NCBI GenBank assembly: GCA_029059055.1 | Contig: JAIDWS010000034.1 | Span: 20,249 to 69,512 of the forward strand | DNA from: Alphaproteobacteria bacterium | GTDB lineage: Bacteria > Pseudomonadota > Alphaproteobacteria > Rs-D84 | Length of the DNA: 49,264 bases | Direction of reading: 5' to 3' | Part shown: in pieces, positions 19,290-30,300 of the stretch | Numbering within the stretch: position 1 is the first letter of the stretch | Layout: each line of letters starts with the position of its first letter | Translations under genes and position numbers: made by a program | Notes under the pieces: generated by a model | The model's input: only the letters and a program-made list of their open reading frames with translations | What the model was told of the DNA's origin: nothing | Database searches by the model: none

Positions 19290-20906
19290 ATGGCAAAAGA
19301 AATCGTATTTGATACGGACAAACTGGCCGCCGGTGTCGATAAATTGGCCAACGCGGTCAAAATCACCATGGGCCCCAAGGGACGCACGGTCGTCATTGAA
19401 AAATCGTACGGCGCACCCGTCGCAACCAAAGACGGCGTAACCGTCGCCAAAGAAGTGTCTTTGAAAGACCCGATTGAAAACGTCGGCGCCCGCATGGTCC
19501 AAGAAGTCGCAAAAAAGGCCGGCGACAAAGCCGGTGACGGCACCACCACCGCCACTGTATTGGCCCAGAAATTAATCCGCGAAGGCCGCCGCGTCATCGC
19601 CGCCGGCATGAACCCGATGGATGTTAAGCGCGGTATCGATATCGCGGTGGCGGCGGTTATGGCCGACATTGACGCCCACGCCCGCCCGGTTAAAAACAGC
19701 GCCGAAATCGCCCAGGTTGCGACCATTTCCGCAAATTCCGACCGCGACATCGGTGAAAAAATCGCCGGTGCCATGGAACGCGTCGGCCAAGAAGGCGTCA
19801 TCACCGTCGAAGAAGCCAAAGGATTGGACACAGAAATCGACGTCGTCGAAGGAATGCAATTCGACCAAGGATTCATGTCCCCGTACTTTGTCACCAACAG
19901 TGAAAAAATGCTGGCGGAATTGGATGGCGCGCAAATCTTGGTTTCTGAAAAGAAAATCACCGGGTTGCAGGCATTGTTGCCGATTCTGGAACCGATTGCG
20001 CAATCGGGCCGCCCCCTGTTGATTATCGCCGAAGACGTCGAATCCGAAGCCTTGGCAACACTGGTGCTGAACCGTCTGCGCGGCGGATTGAAAGTCTGCG
20101 CGGTCAAAGCCCCCGGTTTCGGTGACCGCCGCAAAGAAATGCTGAAAGACATCGCCATTGTCACCGGTGCCACCATTATTTCCGACGACATGGGCATGAC
20201 ATTGGAAAACATCACCCCGGCGGTATTGGGCAGTGCCAAGAAAGTTGTTGTCAGCAAAGATGCCACATTGTTGGTTGACGGCGGCGGCGACAAAGGCGCC
20301 ATTGCCGCACGCGCGGACGAAATCCGTCGCCTGTTGGCGGACGCGTCCAGCGAATACGACCGTGAAAAACTGTCGGAACGTTTGGCCAAATTGGTGGGTG
20401 GCGTCGCCGTGATTAAGGTTGGCGGCATGACAGAATTGGAAGTCAAAGAAAAGAAAGACCGTGTTGACGACGCATTGGCCGCAACACGCGCCGCGGTTGC
20501 CGACGGCATTGTTGCCGGTGGCGGTATCGCATTGGTGCGCGCCGTGCGGGCATTGGAAAACCAGACCGGTGCCAACACCGACCAAAACGTCGGTATCGAC
20601 ATTGTGCGCCGCGCCATCGTTGCCCCATGCGCCCAGATTGCAGAAAACGCGGGTGTATCCGGTGAAATCGTTGTCGGCAAAGTCATGGAATCCACAGATT
20701 ACAATTTTGGATACAACGCCCAAACCGGCGAATACGTCGACATGATGCAGGCGGGCATTATCGACCCGGCCAAGGTTGTCAAAACCGCGATTCAGGCCGC
20801 CGCCAGCACCGCGGGGGTATTATTGACCACCGGTGCCGTCATGTCGGAAATCCCCGAAGAAAAACCGGCCGCACCCCAAATGGGTGGCATGCCGGGCATG
20901 ATGTAA
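19290..20906 (+). CDS. groEL: Chaperonin GroEL
   Basis: [32 protein letters not shown], and GGM tail. Confidence 0.98.
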   Translation: MAKEIVFDTDKLAAGVDKLANAVKITMGPKGRTVVIEKSYGAPVATKDGVTVAKEVSLKDPIENVGARMVQEVAKKAGDKAGDGTTTATVLAQKLIREGRRVIAAGMNPMDVKRGIDIAVAAVMADIDAHARPVKNSAEIAQVATISANSDRDIGEKIAGAMERVGQEGVITVEEAKGLDTEIDVVEGMQFDQGFMSPYFVTNSEKMLAELDGAQILVSEKKITGLQALLPILEPIAQSGRPLLIIAEDVESEALATLVLNRLRGGLKVCAVKAPGFGDRRKEMLKDIAIVTGATIISDDMGMTLENITPAVLGSAKKVVVSKDATLLVDGGGDKGAIAARADEIRRLLADASSEYDREKLSERLAKLVGGVAVIKVGGMTELEVKEKKDRVDDALAATRAAVADGIVAGGGIALVRAVRALENQTGANTDQNVGIDIVRRAIVAPCAQIAENAGVSGEIVVGKVMESTDYNFGYNAQTGEYVDMMQAGIIDPAKVVKTAIQAAASTAGVLLTTGAVMSEIPEEKPAAPQMGGMPGMM

Positions 20907-20962
20907 AAACCGTCACGCAAATAAAAACCGCCCATACCGGGCGGTTTTGTTTTATACCATCT

Positions 20963-21700
20963 TTAACGGCCGCGTTCCAATGCCGATGTAAATTGGATAA
21001 TTCTGGTCATTTCACGTTCCAAACGCCCGGCGGTAAACGAACTGGTGCTGGAATCCACATGAATTCGACATCCATCCGTATCCGCCACGCCATATCCGCG
21101 AATTTTGGATTGAACATCCAAATACACAACCCCAGGCTGATGCCCACGATTAATAACCGACGGGTCAAACACCATGTTATAACGTGCCGAAATTTGCGCA
21201 CAGACGCGTGCAACATTCCCCAGGCACCGAAAAACAGGCACAACCTGGCAACGCCCCCCCCCGGCGATATTTTTAACATATTCGTTGGTTCCACACAGTG
21301 ATGTATACCCATGGCGACGATAAAATTTTTCCGCACGCGGCATAGACACCAAATCAACCGTATTGGTATGAACGGCGGCGGCCGATTCCGCATGGGCCAA
21401 CAATCTGGCCCCAATCCCGCCGGATTGATATTCCGGCAATACAAACAAATTGTGAACGACGGCCTGTTTCCGTTGGATGTCCCCCTGGATGAATCCAATC
21501 ATATGGTCCCCATCCCATGCCCCGAATGCAAATCCGGTCGGCTTTTGCTGTTTCAACGTCTGGTAAAAATGCGCCGCATACACATCCGACCACGCATTGG
21601 CCGATAACGCGCGCGACGCCGCCCCGCGAATACGAACAAAATCATCCCAGATGCCGGGGATACGCTGATTAAAAATCGGATAGATGCAGATATTTGTCAT
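20963..21700 (-). CDS. GNAT family N-acetyltransferase
   Basis: LFVLPEYQSGGIGARLL acetyl-CoA motif; A.KFY...GY. Confidence 0.8.
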   Translation of the reverse strand: MTNICIYPIFNQRIPGIWDDFVRIRGAASRALSANAWSDVYAAHFYQTLKQQKPTGFAFGAWDGDHMIGFIQGDIQRKQAVVHNLFVLPEYQSGGIGARLLAHAESAAAVHTNTVDLVSMPRAEKFYRRHGYTSLCGTNEYVKNIAGGGRCQVVPVFRCLGNVARVCAQISARYNMVFDPSVINRGHQPGVVYLDVQSKIRGYGVADTDGCRIHVDSSTSSFTAGRLEREMTRIIQFTSALERGR

Positions 21701-21826
21701 ATATAAAATATAATACAAACAAATCGTTTGTCAATACCATGATTATCAAAAAACATTCCCTGCCCCGTCTGGGGGATGGATAAAATCTGTTTTTATCGGG
21801 CATCAATTTGTGATATAATACGGGAC

Positions 21827-22804
21827 ATGAAATTAAAATCGATATTTATTGTTTCACTGATATCCGCGCTGGGCGCGGCACCGGCACATGCAAATTGGCA
21901 ATATGACGGCGAATTTGTCCGTGACGGGTGGTATATGGATGATGGGTCACGCTTTACCATATCGGTCCGTGGCGGCGCATCCATGGGTTTCGGCGCGATT
22001 AAAAACGATGTCGGTTCCATGACCAGTGAATATTATTACAGCCCGGACAACGGGATGGTGATATCTGCGGCGTACTATGACGCGTGCCTGGAAAATGGCG
22101 GATGCGAAAACTTTGTTTATGCCGGGATTGGCGAATTATCCGAATTGCCCGCGTCCCAGGATTATGAATCTTTTTCATTTGCGGCCGGGGCCAGCATTGG
22201 TTGGACCATACCCAACGCGCCGCAATGGCGTTTGGAATTGGGATGGGACCACATCGCGGAAAGCGAATATAACGCATCCCCATTGTACGAAGGGGATTTA
22301 CCCCTGACGGGGGGCAACATCGACGGCATCACCGTTCACGTGCAAAGTGGTGGCGTTCATTCCAAATTGTCCGCCGACATCATCAGCGCAATGGCGTTTT
22401 ATGATTTCTTTGATGGCATGCAAAAGCCCACACGCCAGGTTATTCCATACGTCGGGTTCGGGGTCGGATATGCGGATGCGAAAACAATTCTGAATCTGTC
22501 GGATTTGTATGGTGATTTGTCATTGTCGGTGGATTTACAGAACTTTGGCGAATTGGACAAATACAACGTATTACAGTTTTATAAATCGGAAAAAAGCACG
22601 TCCACCATTGCGGGTTTGGTCGCGGTTGGATTGTCATATGGCATTACCGATACACTGTTCCTGGATTTTGGTGCACGCATTACATACGTGCCAAAGGTTA
22701 AATGGGCCCTGTCCAACCAAGACGGCAGCCGTGACCGCGATTGGTTCAGTGCCGAAAACGTCATCTGGGCCAATGTGATGTTGGGACTGCGATTTGAATT
22801 TTAA
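21827..22804 (+). CDS. Outer membrane beta-barrel protein (opacity/OmpA-like)
   Basis: Signal peptide ending PAHA; WRLELG; PYVGFGVG; terminal LGLRFEF. Confidence 0.8.
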   Translation: MKLKSIFIVSLISALGAAPAHANWQYDGEFVRDGWYMDDGSRFTISVRGGASMGFGAIKNDVGSMTSEYYYSPDNGMVISAAYYDACLENGGCENFVYAGIGELSELPASQDYESFSFAAGASIGWTIPNAPQWRLELGWDHIAESEYNASPLYEGDLPLTGGNIDGITVHVQSGGVHSKLSADIISAMAFYDFFDGMQKPTRQVIPYVGFGVGYADAKTILNLSDLYGDLSLSVDLQNFGELDKYNVLQFYKSEKSTSTIAGLVAVGLSYGITDTLFLDFGARITYVPKVKWALSNQDGSRDRDWFSAENVIWANVMLGLRFEF

Positions 22805-22891
22805 AGAAAAAATCCCGGGTTTCCGGGATTTTTTATTGCCTGTGAAATGGTTCTTATGGATTCAAATTTGCGGGCGCGACATAATGTCGGC

Positions 22892-23983
22892 ATGACATTC
22901 CAAAAACTTTTTTCCGCGTTACTGATTGGCACTGTCGCAATTGCGCATACCAATACGGGACACGCATGCACCGGCATCACATTGGCCCCAAAAGATAAAT
23001 CTGTTGTCGTCGCCCGCACCATTGAATGGTCCGGCAGCGAAATGACCAGCCAATACGTCATCGTCCCCCAGGGATACACCCAAAAATCGTTCGTCCCCGG
23101 CGGCCAGAAAGACGGCCTGGAATTTTCTGCGCTGTACGGATACGTCGGGCTGGCCGTCGAAGAACCCGAATACGTCGTCGAAGGATTGAACGAAGCGGGT
23201 CTGTCGGCGGGTTTATTCTATTTCCCCGGATATGGCCAGTACCAGGCGTACGACCCGGCCGATAACGCAGAAACCATTTCAGATTTTCAATTGGTATCAT
23301 GGATTTTGTCGCGCTTTTCCACCATCGACCAGGTCCAAGAAGCCATCAAAGACGTCCGCGTGGTCGGCATAGACCCACGTTCATCCACCGTGCATTGGCG
23401 CATCGCCGATTTTACCGGCCGCCAGGTGGTCTTGGAAATTACCGGCGGTGTGCCGCATTTCTATGAAAACACACTGGGGGTTTTGACGAATGCCCCGGGA
23501 TTTGAATGGCAAATGACCAATTTAAATAACTATGTCAATCTGGCCCCCGGTACCGCCGGCCCGACCAATATCCGCAATCTGCATATGACAGCATTTGGCG
23601 GCGGCAGCGGTATGTTGGGATTGCCCGGGGATGCAACACCACCGTCACGGTTTGTGCGCGCCGCGTTCTATGCCGCGACCGCTGTGCCGCAAAATACCGC
23701 GTACGGCGCCGTGATGCAGGCGTTTCATATCCTGAATAACTTTGACATTCCGGTGGGTATCCAATACCCCATCGACCAGGTCCCCACCCCCATGCCCAGC
23801 GCGACGCAATTTACCGCCGTCACGGACATGACCAATCGGATTCTGTATTACCGCACCATGTACAACAGCGTTATTCGGGCAATCGACCTGTCGAAAATCG
23901 ATTTTGGCGATGTTACGTACCAGACACATCCGCTGGACGCAATACGGGAACAAACCGTCATACAGATTACACCAGACGCATAA
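22892..23983 (+). CDS. Choloylglycine hydrolase / penicillin V acylase family Ntn-hydrolase (paralog 1)
   Basis: Signal peptide then catalytic CTG; ART.E; GLNEAGL; TNAP; GLPGD.TPPSRF. Confidence 0.9.
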   Translation: MTFQKLFSALLIGTVAIAHTNTGHACTGITLAPKDKSVVVARTIEWSGSEMTSQYVIVPQGYTQKSFVPGGQKDGLEFSALYGYVGLAVEEPEYVVEGLNEAGLSAGLFYFPGYGQYQAYDPADNAETISDFQLVSWILSRFSTIDQVQEAIKDVRVVGIDPRSSTVHWRIADFTGRQVVLEITGGVPHFYENTLGVLTNAPGFEWQMTNLNNYVNLAPGTAGPTNIRNLHMTAFGGGSGMLGLPGDATPPSRFVRAAFYAATAVPQNTAYGAVMQAFHILNNFDIPVGIQYPIDQVPTPMPSATQFTAVTDMTNRILYYRTMYNSVIRAIDLSKIDFGDVTYQTHPLDAIREQTVIQITPDA

Positions 23984-24048
23984 ATCAACGCCCCACGGGG
24001 CGTTTTTTATGCCTTGCATTTTGACAGACATACGATACCCTGCGGGGC

Positions 24049-24831
24049 ATGAATAAAAACAAAATTCTGATTTATGACGATTATGGGGTCGGCGATACAA
24101 AAATATTGGGCCGCGCCATGGGGGACTATTTTATCCCGCGCGGTATTGAAATTCATACGACAAACGCCCGCGATATCATCCATCGTTGGGCATTGAACGA
24201 CAATGTTGCCGCACTGGTCATGCCGGGCGGGCGCGCCATCGGGTACCAGGCCCGATTACACCCCCACGGCAACAAAAAAATTACAGATTGGGTTATGAAC
24301 GGCGGGGTGTATTTTGGCATCTGTGCCGGGGCGTATTATGCGGCCGAACGCATTATATTTGAACCCGACATCCCAGAATTGGCCGTACAGCAAAACGGTG
24401 GATTGGGCCTGGTATCTGCGGACGCGATTGGCACATTACACCGGGAATTGAACATCGCCCCATATCGGGCCGATACCGCATCCATGGCCGCACCACAAAT
24501 CGAATGGGTGGCGGACGGACGTCTGCATCTATCATATTATCATGGCGGCCCATATTTTCAGCCGCGCGGTAACAATATGGAAATATTGGCACAATACGTA
24601 CTGGACGATGGGGACCGACCGGCCATCGTGGCACAACGCGTTGGCAATGGGCGCGTCATTGCATCGGGCGTCCATGTGGAAGTATCCGGCCCCAGCCTGG
24701 CCGCGACATTTGCCCACCCAATGGCCATTGAACCCCATGCGCGTCATGTGGCCCGCACATTACAGCAATATGAAACATATCGAAAATCGTTATTTGACAA
24801 AGTCATGAACGAAATCATTTCGCAGCGATAA
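24049..24831 (+). CDS. BPL-N (class I glutamine amidotransferase-like) protein
   Basis: IY.DYGV, LVMPGG, GG.Y.GICAGAYY, Y.GGP.F and SGVH.E motifs. Confidence 0.82.
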   Translation: MNKNKILIYDDYGVGDTKILGRAMGDYFIPRGIEIHTTNARDIIHRWALNDNVAALVMPGGRAIGYQARLHPHGNKKITDWVMNGGVYFGICAGAYYAAERIIFEPDIPELAVQQNGGLGLVSADAIGTLHRELNIAPYRADTASMAAPQIEWVADGRLHLSYYHGGPYFQPRGNNMEILAQYVLDDGDRPAIVAQRVGNGRVIASGVHVEVSGPSLAATFAHPMAIEPHARHVARTLQQYETYRKSLFDKVMNEIISQR

Positions 24832-24926
24832 AAATAAAAAAAGGCAGATAAAAATCTGCCTTTTGGTTGGGTACGTTCATTGTACCACCGCGCCGCGACC
24901 CACGCAATAGGAACGAATTTCCATAT

Positions 24927-25352
24927 CTATTCAATAACAACCGTCTGGGGGGCATTATCAAAATTGATATTATTACCCATGGCGGACAACATATCCGTGT
25001 AATCATAGACACCTGTGGGCTTTTTATCGCCGGCGGGCACCGGGCGCGCATAATTGATATACGTTTTTTTGTGCCCGGACATATTTTTGTCTGCGTCAAA
25101 GATTATGATGGTAAATTCATCACCAGAAACCCATTCTTTACTGCCGGACACCAGGTTACTTTTTCTGTAATACCACGTTTCTGTACCGTTTTTGTTTATA
25201 ATTTTATTATACGGTTCCCCGAATGCACCCCAGACGCGATTCTGGCTGATTTGTTCATGCCGATACGAATCCACAATTTTGCGTTTATCGGACGCACACC
25301 CACAAATCATCAAACACACGGCCAGTAAAAACATATTCTTTATGATATTCAT
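24927..25352 (-). CDS. Lipoprotein, SmpA/BamE-like motif
   Basis: Lipobox ICGC; FGEP......G.ETWYY; lies in the tRNA-Gln accessory region. Confidence 0.7.
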   Translation of the reverse strand: MNIIKNMFLLAVCLMICGCASDKRKIVDSYRHEQISQNRVWGAFGEPYNKIINKNGTETWYYRKSNLVSGSKEWVSGDEFTIIIFDADKNMSGHKKTYINYARPVPAGDKKPTGVYDYTDMLSAMGNNINFDNAPQTVVIE

Positions 25353-25529
25353 TTTGTATCCCCCATATTTGAACAATCCCATCGCCCAAAAACCAAAATT
25401 TAAACGCCCATACAGGGCGTTTGAATTTTGGTTGTGCCTGGCGTGCAATCCGCGAACCGATATTTATCAGGATTTAATAAAAATCGGTGATGAAATTGAG
25501 AATGTTAAACAAATATTAGGTGGTCGGGG

Positions 25530-26732
25530 TTAGTAATCATCGTTTTGATGCATCTGATATTTTATTATTGTTGCCTCCATTTGTTTAACAATTTCTGATA
25601 CTTTGGCGCGCACGCCGTTTGGGTTGATAACATAGTCACCTTGCTCGGTCTGTATCGCGGTTGATTTTAATATGTCGTTCAATTCTTGTTGCCAATTTTT
25701 GCGTATCATAAACAACTGATTGTTTTCCAATACACACGCATACACGCCGGCAATATATGGTGCGGCAGAACTCTCGCCGCCAGCTACTCTATATTGCCAG
25801 CCGTTTGATTCCAACGGTGTTGTACGCATATTGGTTGGAATGCCAATTCTTTTGTCTGGACCAAACGGCAGATTCATCATGCGAATTGTTTCATCACCTG
25901 CAGCCCGAACATTTGGTTGAATATTCGTCATGTTTGGATTGTTACAAGGCATAAAATCACGGCCGGATAGTGTGGCGGCATTCATATAATCAGATGTGCA
26001 TAAAATTATCTTCACACCGTCTGATTCCAATTGGTCCAGTAAAGCACAAACCTCGGGCGAATGCTTTTTCCGCGCACCCCAACTGCACGACAGAATATTT
26101 ATTTTATTTTCTGGTTTTTGTGCCCGATTGAAATCGATTACATTTTTCAGAATCTGGGTAATGTCTTTATCAAACTTTTTACGGTCTTGGTATGACACCT
26201 TGGTGAAATAATAAACATTCGCATCCGGCGCGATGCCAGTGCTTTTCCCAACCAGTTGCCCCATAACCATACTGGCATGTTTGTTTTGGGGCATTTTCTG
26301 GTCGTGTAAAGGTCCTTGAATAAACTTTATACTATCGGCATATTCTGGGTTGGTGGCGTCCAACATATTGTCTATTACCGCGATGTTTATACCACGCCCG
26401 GTTGCGCCGTTTGGTTTTCCGGCCGGTGCCTTGGCGCGTTCCATTATGGCCAGTGGATTGACCCCAGCCGGCATTTTGTCTGGTGACGGCCAAATTACAT
26501 TTGTGGTCCAACCACGAATTCCGGAACAGGGTAAGGATTCTGTGGGCGCATAGTCAAACAAATGTTTATATTCGCGCAAATCCAGTTCAGACAGGTCGTG
26601 ATAGTCCAATATATGCGCATCTTTAATTTCGTCAATACTGTGAACTTTGATGTACTGCACGCCTTGTTGTGCGGCATTTTTTTGTTTCAGACTGGTTATC
26701 GCATGGTAAAATTTCTTTATATAATTATTCAT
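25530..26732 (-). CDS. S8 (subtilisin-like) serine peptidase
   Basis: G.GINIAVID (Asp), HASMV (His), GIAPDA, S.SWG, GESSAAPYIAG (Ser); AT-rich; no signal peptide. Confidence 0.85.
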   Translation of the reverse strand: MNNYIKKFYHAITSLKQKNAAQQGVQYIKVHSIDEIKDAHILDYHDLSELDLREYKHLFDYAPTESLPCSGIRGWTTNVIWPSPDKMPAGVNPLAIMERAKAPAGKPNGATGRGINIAVIDNMLDATNPEYADSIKFIQGPLHDQKMPQNKHASMVMGQLVGKSTGIAPDANVYYFTKVSYQDRKKFDKDITQILKNVIDFNRAQKPENKINILSCSWGARKKHSPEVCALLDQLESDGVKIILCTSDYMNAATLSGRDFMPCNNPNMTNIQPNVRAAGDETIRMMNLPFGPDKRIGIPTNMRTTPLESNGWQYRVAGGESSAAPYIAGVYACVLENNQLFMIRKNWQQELNDILKSTAIQTEQGDYVINPNGVRAKVSEIVKQMEATIIKYQMHQNDDY

Positions 26733-26951
26733 CTATTAGCCTTTGGGTCAATAATACCAGATAGTTCAATATATTGCAAAATTGCTCATGACGAATTCGT
26801 ACTTATAAGAAAGACTGGTTTTCTAGTCTTTTTTGTTTAATTGGTTCGAAAGTCAGCAAAAATTGTCATTTTTCAAAATCAAGCTTTCGAACTCCGCACA
26901 ATGCTTGCGCATCCAACTAAAAACCGCCCTTTTGGGCGGTTTTGTCTATCT

Positions 26952-27025
26952 TGGTTGGGGCAGCTGGATTCGAACCAACACTGACGGAGTCAGAGTCCGG
27001 AGTTCTACCGTTAAACTATGCCCCA
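26952..27025 (-). tRNA. tRNA-Gln(CTG)
   Basis: Minus strand TGGGGCATAGTTTAACGGTAGAACT...CTCTGAC...GGTTCGAATCCAGCTGCCCCAACCA; terminator at about 26919-26943. Confidence 0.95.
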
Positions 27026-27125
27026 AGCGCGCCCATTATATGAGCATTCTGTTACGATTTCAAGTCTTATTTTCATAAAATTTATTTGTCCCGCAGATAT
27101 CCCGGATTTCATGGCCCGATTTGGG

Positions 27126-28343
27126 TTATTCATAGCGCAGGCTGTCAATGGGATTCAATTTTGATGCCTTGATCGCGGGAACAACGCCCGAAACCAATCC
27201 AACCACAACGGCAACCGTTACCGATACAACCACCGGCCATATACTGAACGGAACGTTATAGTTCAATAAAATGCGGCCAACGCCCTGGGACAAACCAATA
27301 CCCAACAGCAATCCAACCATCGACCCCATAAACGAAATCAAAATGGATTCTGATAAAAACTGGATGATAATGACTTTTTCTTGGGCACCGATTGCTTTGC
27401 GGATACCAATTTCCCGGGTGCGTTCCGCAACCGATACCAGCATCATATTCATAATCCCAATTGACCCAACCAATAATGATACCGCGGCAATCGCAACCAA
27501 CAACATTTTCAAATACCCCGTCACGGTTTCCATTGTTTCCATGACCTGTTTCATGTCGGTCACCTGGAAATCGTCTGCGTCACTGTCTTTTAGATTATGA
27601 CGCTGGCGCAACAGTGCGGTTATTTGGTCGGTCACAATATTGTTATCGGCATCCTGGTACAGTTTCAGCGAAATCATTTGAACAGAATTATAAAAACGAC
27701 TGCCCGACAGGCGCTTTTTCAATGTCGTAATCGGGATGATTATCATGTCATCCTGGCTGCCCATGGTGGAATCCCCCTTGGCCCGGGTTACGCCAATGAT
27801 GGTGAACGGCGTGCTTTGGATACGGATAACCTGGCCAACGGGGTCGTCCGGCAACCCCAATTCTGTGGCGGTTTCCGGCCCAATAACCGCGTGCGTGGAC
27901 GCATTGCGCACCGACGACGAATCAAAAAAAGTCCCATATGCCATTTCAATATTTTGCACCGTCGCATAATCCGGATAACATCCCACCAAAGAAGTTGCCC
28001 AGTTTTTATTACCAAACACAACCTGGGCCGAACCGTTTTGGACCGGGGTTACGGCGGCGACATCCGGCAATTGGCCGATGTATTGGGCATCTTCCATGGT
28101 CAACGTATTTCTGTTACCGCCACGGACACCGGCGCTTTGTGCCGCGCCGGCGCGTATCATAATGGTGTTCGTCCCCAGCGATGAAAACTGGTCTGTGACC
28201 TGTTTTTCAACGGTTTCGCCGACCGCCACCATAATTACAACGGCCATAACACCGATAACAATCCCCAGAACCGTCAGAAAAGACCGCATTTTGTTGCCGC
28301 CAATCGACAGCCAGGATTCCTTTGCAATATCATAGATTGTCAT
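27126..28343 (-). CDS. MacB-type ABC transporter permease
   Basis: NKMRSFLTVLGIVIG, GIMNMMLVSVAERTREIGIRKAIGA and L.PIDSLRYE motifs. Confidence 0.93.
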   Translation of the reverse strand: MTIYDIAKESWLSIGGNKMRSFLTVLGIVIGVMAVVIMVAVGETVEKQVTDQFSSLGTNTIMIRAGAAQSAGVRGGNRNTLTMEDAQYIGQLPDVAAVTPVQNGSAQVVFGNKNWATSLVGCYPDYATVQNIEMAYGTFFDSSSVRNASTHAVIGPETATELGLPDDPVGQVIRIQSTPFTIIGVTRAKGDSTMGSQDDMIIIPITTLKKRLSGSRFYNSVQMISLKLYQDADNNIVTDQITALLRQRHNLKDSDADDFQVTDMKQVMETMETVTGYLKMLLVAIAAVSLLVGSIGIMNMMLVSVAERTREIGIRKAIGAQEKVIIIQFLSESILISFMGSMVGLLLGIGLSQGVGRILLNYNVPFSIWPVVVSVTVAVVVGLVSGVVPAIKASKLNPIDSLRYE

Positions 28344-29086
28344 TTTTTCCGTACCTTGGTTCCTGATTTTGTTAACACAGATTCGCATGATGGGACACGC
28401 CCGTCATAAGTTATATGGCCGTCATGAATATGGATAACGCGATGCGAATACCGGGCAATATCAAATTCATGCGTAATCATGACGATTGTAATTCCGCGTT
28501 CTTGATTTAACTGTTTCAAGAATTTCAAGATTTCATTGCCCATTTTTGAATCCAATGCGCCGGTCGGTTCGTCCGCCAAAATCAGTTTCGGATCACCGGC
28601 CAAGGCGCGCGCAATCGCAACCCGTTGCTTCATACCGCCGGACAATTGGGTCGGCAAATATGTTTCAAATTTTTCCAAGCCCACCAATTTTAACTTTTCA
28701 CGCGCACGGCGCACCCGTTCGCGCATCGGCAAACCGCGATACATCAATGGCAACATGATGTTGTCCAGTATGTTACGCTTTGGCAACAGGTTAAAGTTTT
28801 GAAACACAAACCCAATGTATTCGTTGCGAACCGTGGCCAATTCATCCGGTGTCATCTGGGTGATGTCTTTGCCATACAGGCGGTACACCCCCGATGACGG
28901 CGTATCCAACGCGCCGATAATATTCATACACGTTGATTTGCCCGACCCGGACGGCCCCATAATGGAAACGAATTCACCGGGGAAAACATCAAATGTGTTA
29001 TCAAACAAAACCTGTTGTTCGCCCCCCATTTCCAAGGGAAAGCGTTTGCAGATTTTCTGCATTGAAATAATCGGAATATCTTTCAT
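28340..29086 (-). CDS. MacB/LolD-type ABC transporter ATP-binding protein
   Basis: [33 protein letters not shown] and ADEPTGALD motifs. Confidence 0.94.
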   Translation of the reverse strand: MKDIPIISMQKICKRFPLEMGGEQQVLFDNTFDVFPGEFVSIMGPSGSGKSTCMNIIGALDTPSSGVYRLYGKDITQMTPDELATVRNEYIGFVFQNFNLLPKRNILDNIMLPLMYRGLPMRERVRRAREKLKLVGLEKFETYLPTQLSGGMKQRVAIARALAGDPKLILADEPTGALDSKMGNEILKFLKQLNQERGITIVMITHEFDIARYSHRVIHIHDGHITYDGRVPSCESVLTKSGTKVRKK

Positions 29087-29106
29087 TTTATGCCCCATCG
29101 GTTTGT

Positions 29107-30300
29107 TTACATTGGGCCGCCACGACCACCCGGCCCACCCATCATGCCGCCGCGATGCGACGTGTTTGTGGTGGATGTGGTGGTTTGACCGATATATCCC
29201 ACAATAATTTTATCCCCCGGCTGGATACCGTCCGAAATAATCTGGGTTTCGGTTGCCGTCGACAGCCCTTTTTCATATTCGACAAAGACAACGTCCGAAC
29301 CACGCAAAATCGCCAGATGCGTCGTCGGTGAAATGGATTCATCCAATCCATCAAACAGATTGGCATACGACCGAACCAGAAAGGCCGCATTTTGCGCTTT
29401 CCACGCATCGGACGCCGCATCCACAACAATGGTGACAAAGGCTGTCATCCCCGGCATCAAATTCAAATCCGGATTTTCAACATCAATGACAACCGTATAA
29501 ACAACAACGTTGGATGTCGTGATTGGCGATAAACGAATTTGTTTGACGACACCATCAAATGTTTCGGTCGGATACGCATCAACCGTAAAGGTTACCGATT
29601 GCCCCTGTTTGATAACACCAATATCCGCTTCGGATACAGATGTTTCAATCTGCATCTTGGTCAAATCTTCGGCAATTTCGAACAAATCCGGCGTTTGAAA
29701 CGATGCCGCAACGGTTTGGCCTTTGTCGACCTTGCGCGAAATGACGGTACCGTCCACCGGCGATGTAATGGTGGCGTATCCCAAATTGGTCAACGCACGT
29801 TCGTATTGTGATTGCGCCTGTAACACAGATTGTTCGGCGGTTTCATAATTGGTCTGTGTTGATTCCAATTCAGCCCGGGAAATATACCCGTCCGCATATA
29901 AAATTTTATTGCGTTCGTATTCTGCCATGGCCAGATTTCGCTTGGATTCCGCAGACATCAGCGACGCCCGGGATTCGTTCACAGACGCCTGTAACACAGT
30001 CGGTTCAATCGTCAGCAAAACGTCACCCTTTTTAACCTGGGAATTATAATCGACATACAGATTATCAATCGTGCCGGACACCTGGGACCCGACGGACACA
30101 GTGTTGACCGGTTGAATTTCACCGGTGGCGGTCACTGTTTGGGACAAATTGCCGCGGGTGACAGCCACAGTCACATAGTCTTTTTTGGCGCCGCCATTGC
30201 CCCCGCCAAAGATTGCCCAAATACCGGCTGTTAACACCGCAACCATTAAAATCAGATACTTATGCCGCCATACCCATGGCTTGTTTTTTTTATTGTTCAT
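29107..30300 (-). CDS. macA: MacA-type periplasmic adaptor subunit
   Basis: N-terminal TM; V.VGSQVSG; I.SPVDG.V; GQTVAASFQTP.LF; L.PGMTA. Confidence 0.88.
   Translation of the reverse strand: MNNKKNKPWVWRHKYLILMVAVLTAGIWAIFGGGNGGAKKDYVTVAVTRGNLSQTVTATGEIQPVNTVSVGSQVSGTIDNLYVDYNSQVKKGDVLLTIEPTVLQASVNESRASLMSAESKRNLAMAEYERNKILYADGYISRAELESTQTNYETAEQSVLQAQSQYERALTNLGYATITSPVDGTVISRKVDKGQTVAASFQTPDLFEIAEDLTKMQIETSVSEADIGVIKQGQSVTFTVDAYPTETFDGVVKQIRLSPITTSNVVVYTVVIDVENPDLNLMPGMTAFVTIVVDAASDAWKAQNAAFLVRSYANLFDGLDESISPTTHLAILRGSDVVFVEYEKGLSTATETQIISDGIQPGDKIIVGYIGQTTTSTTNTSHRGGMMGGPGGRGGPM

Noticed and set aside
19235-20723. Long antisense ORFs (486 and 383 aa) opposite groEL, and similar ones opposite htpX, ftsH, the M23 gene and ligA
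   Set aside because: Typical shadow ORFs caused by codon bias on the sense strand
25530-26732. IetAS-type toxin-antitoxin or protease-based defence system
   Set aside because: No adjacent AAA ATPase or effector; the peptidase stands alone
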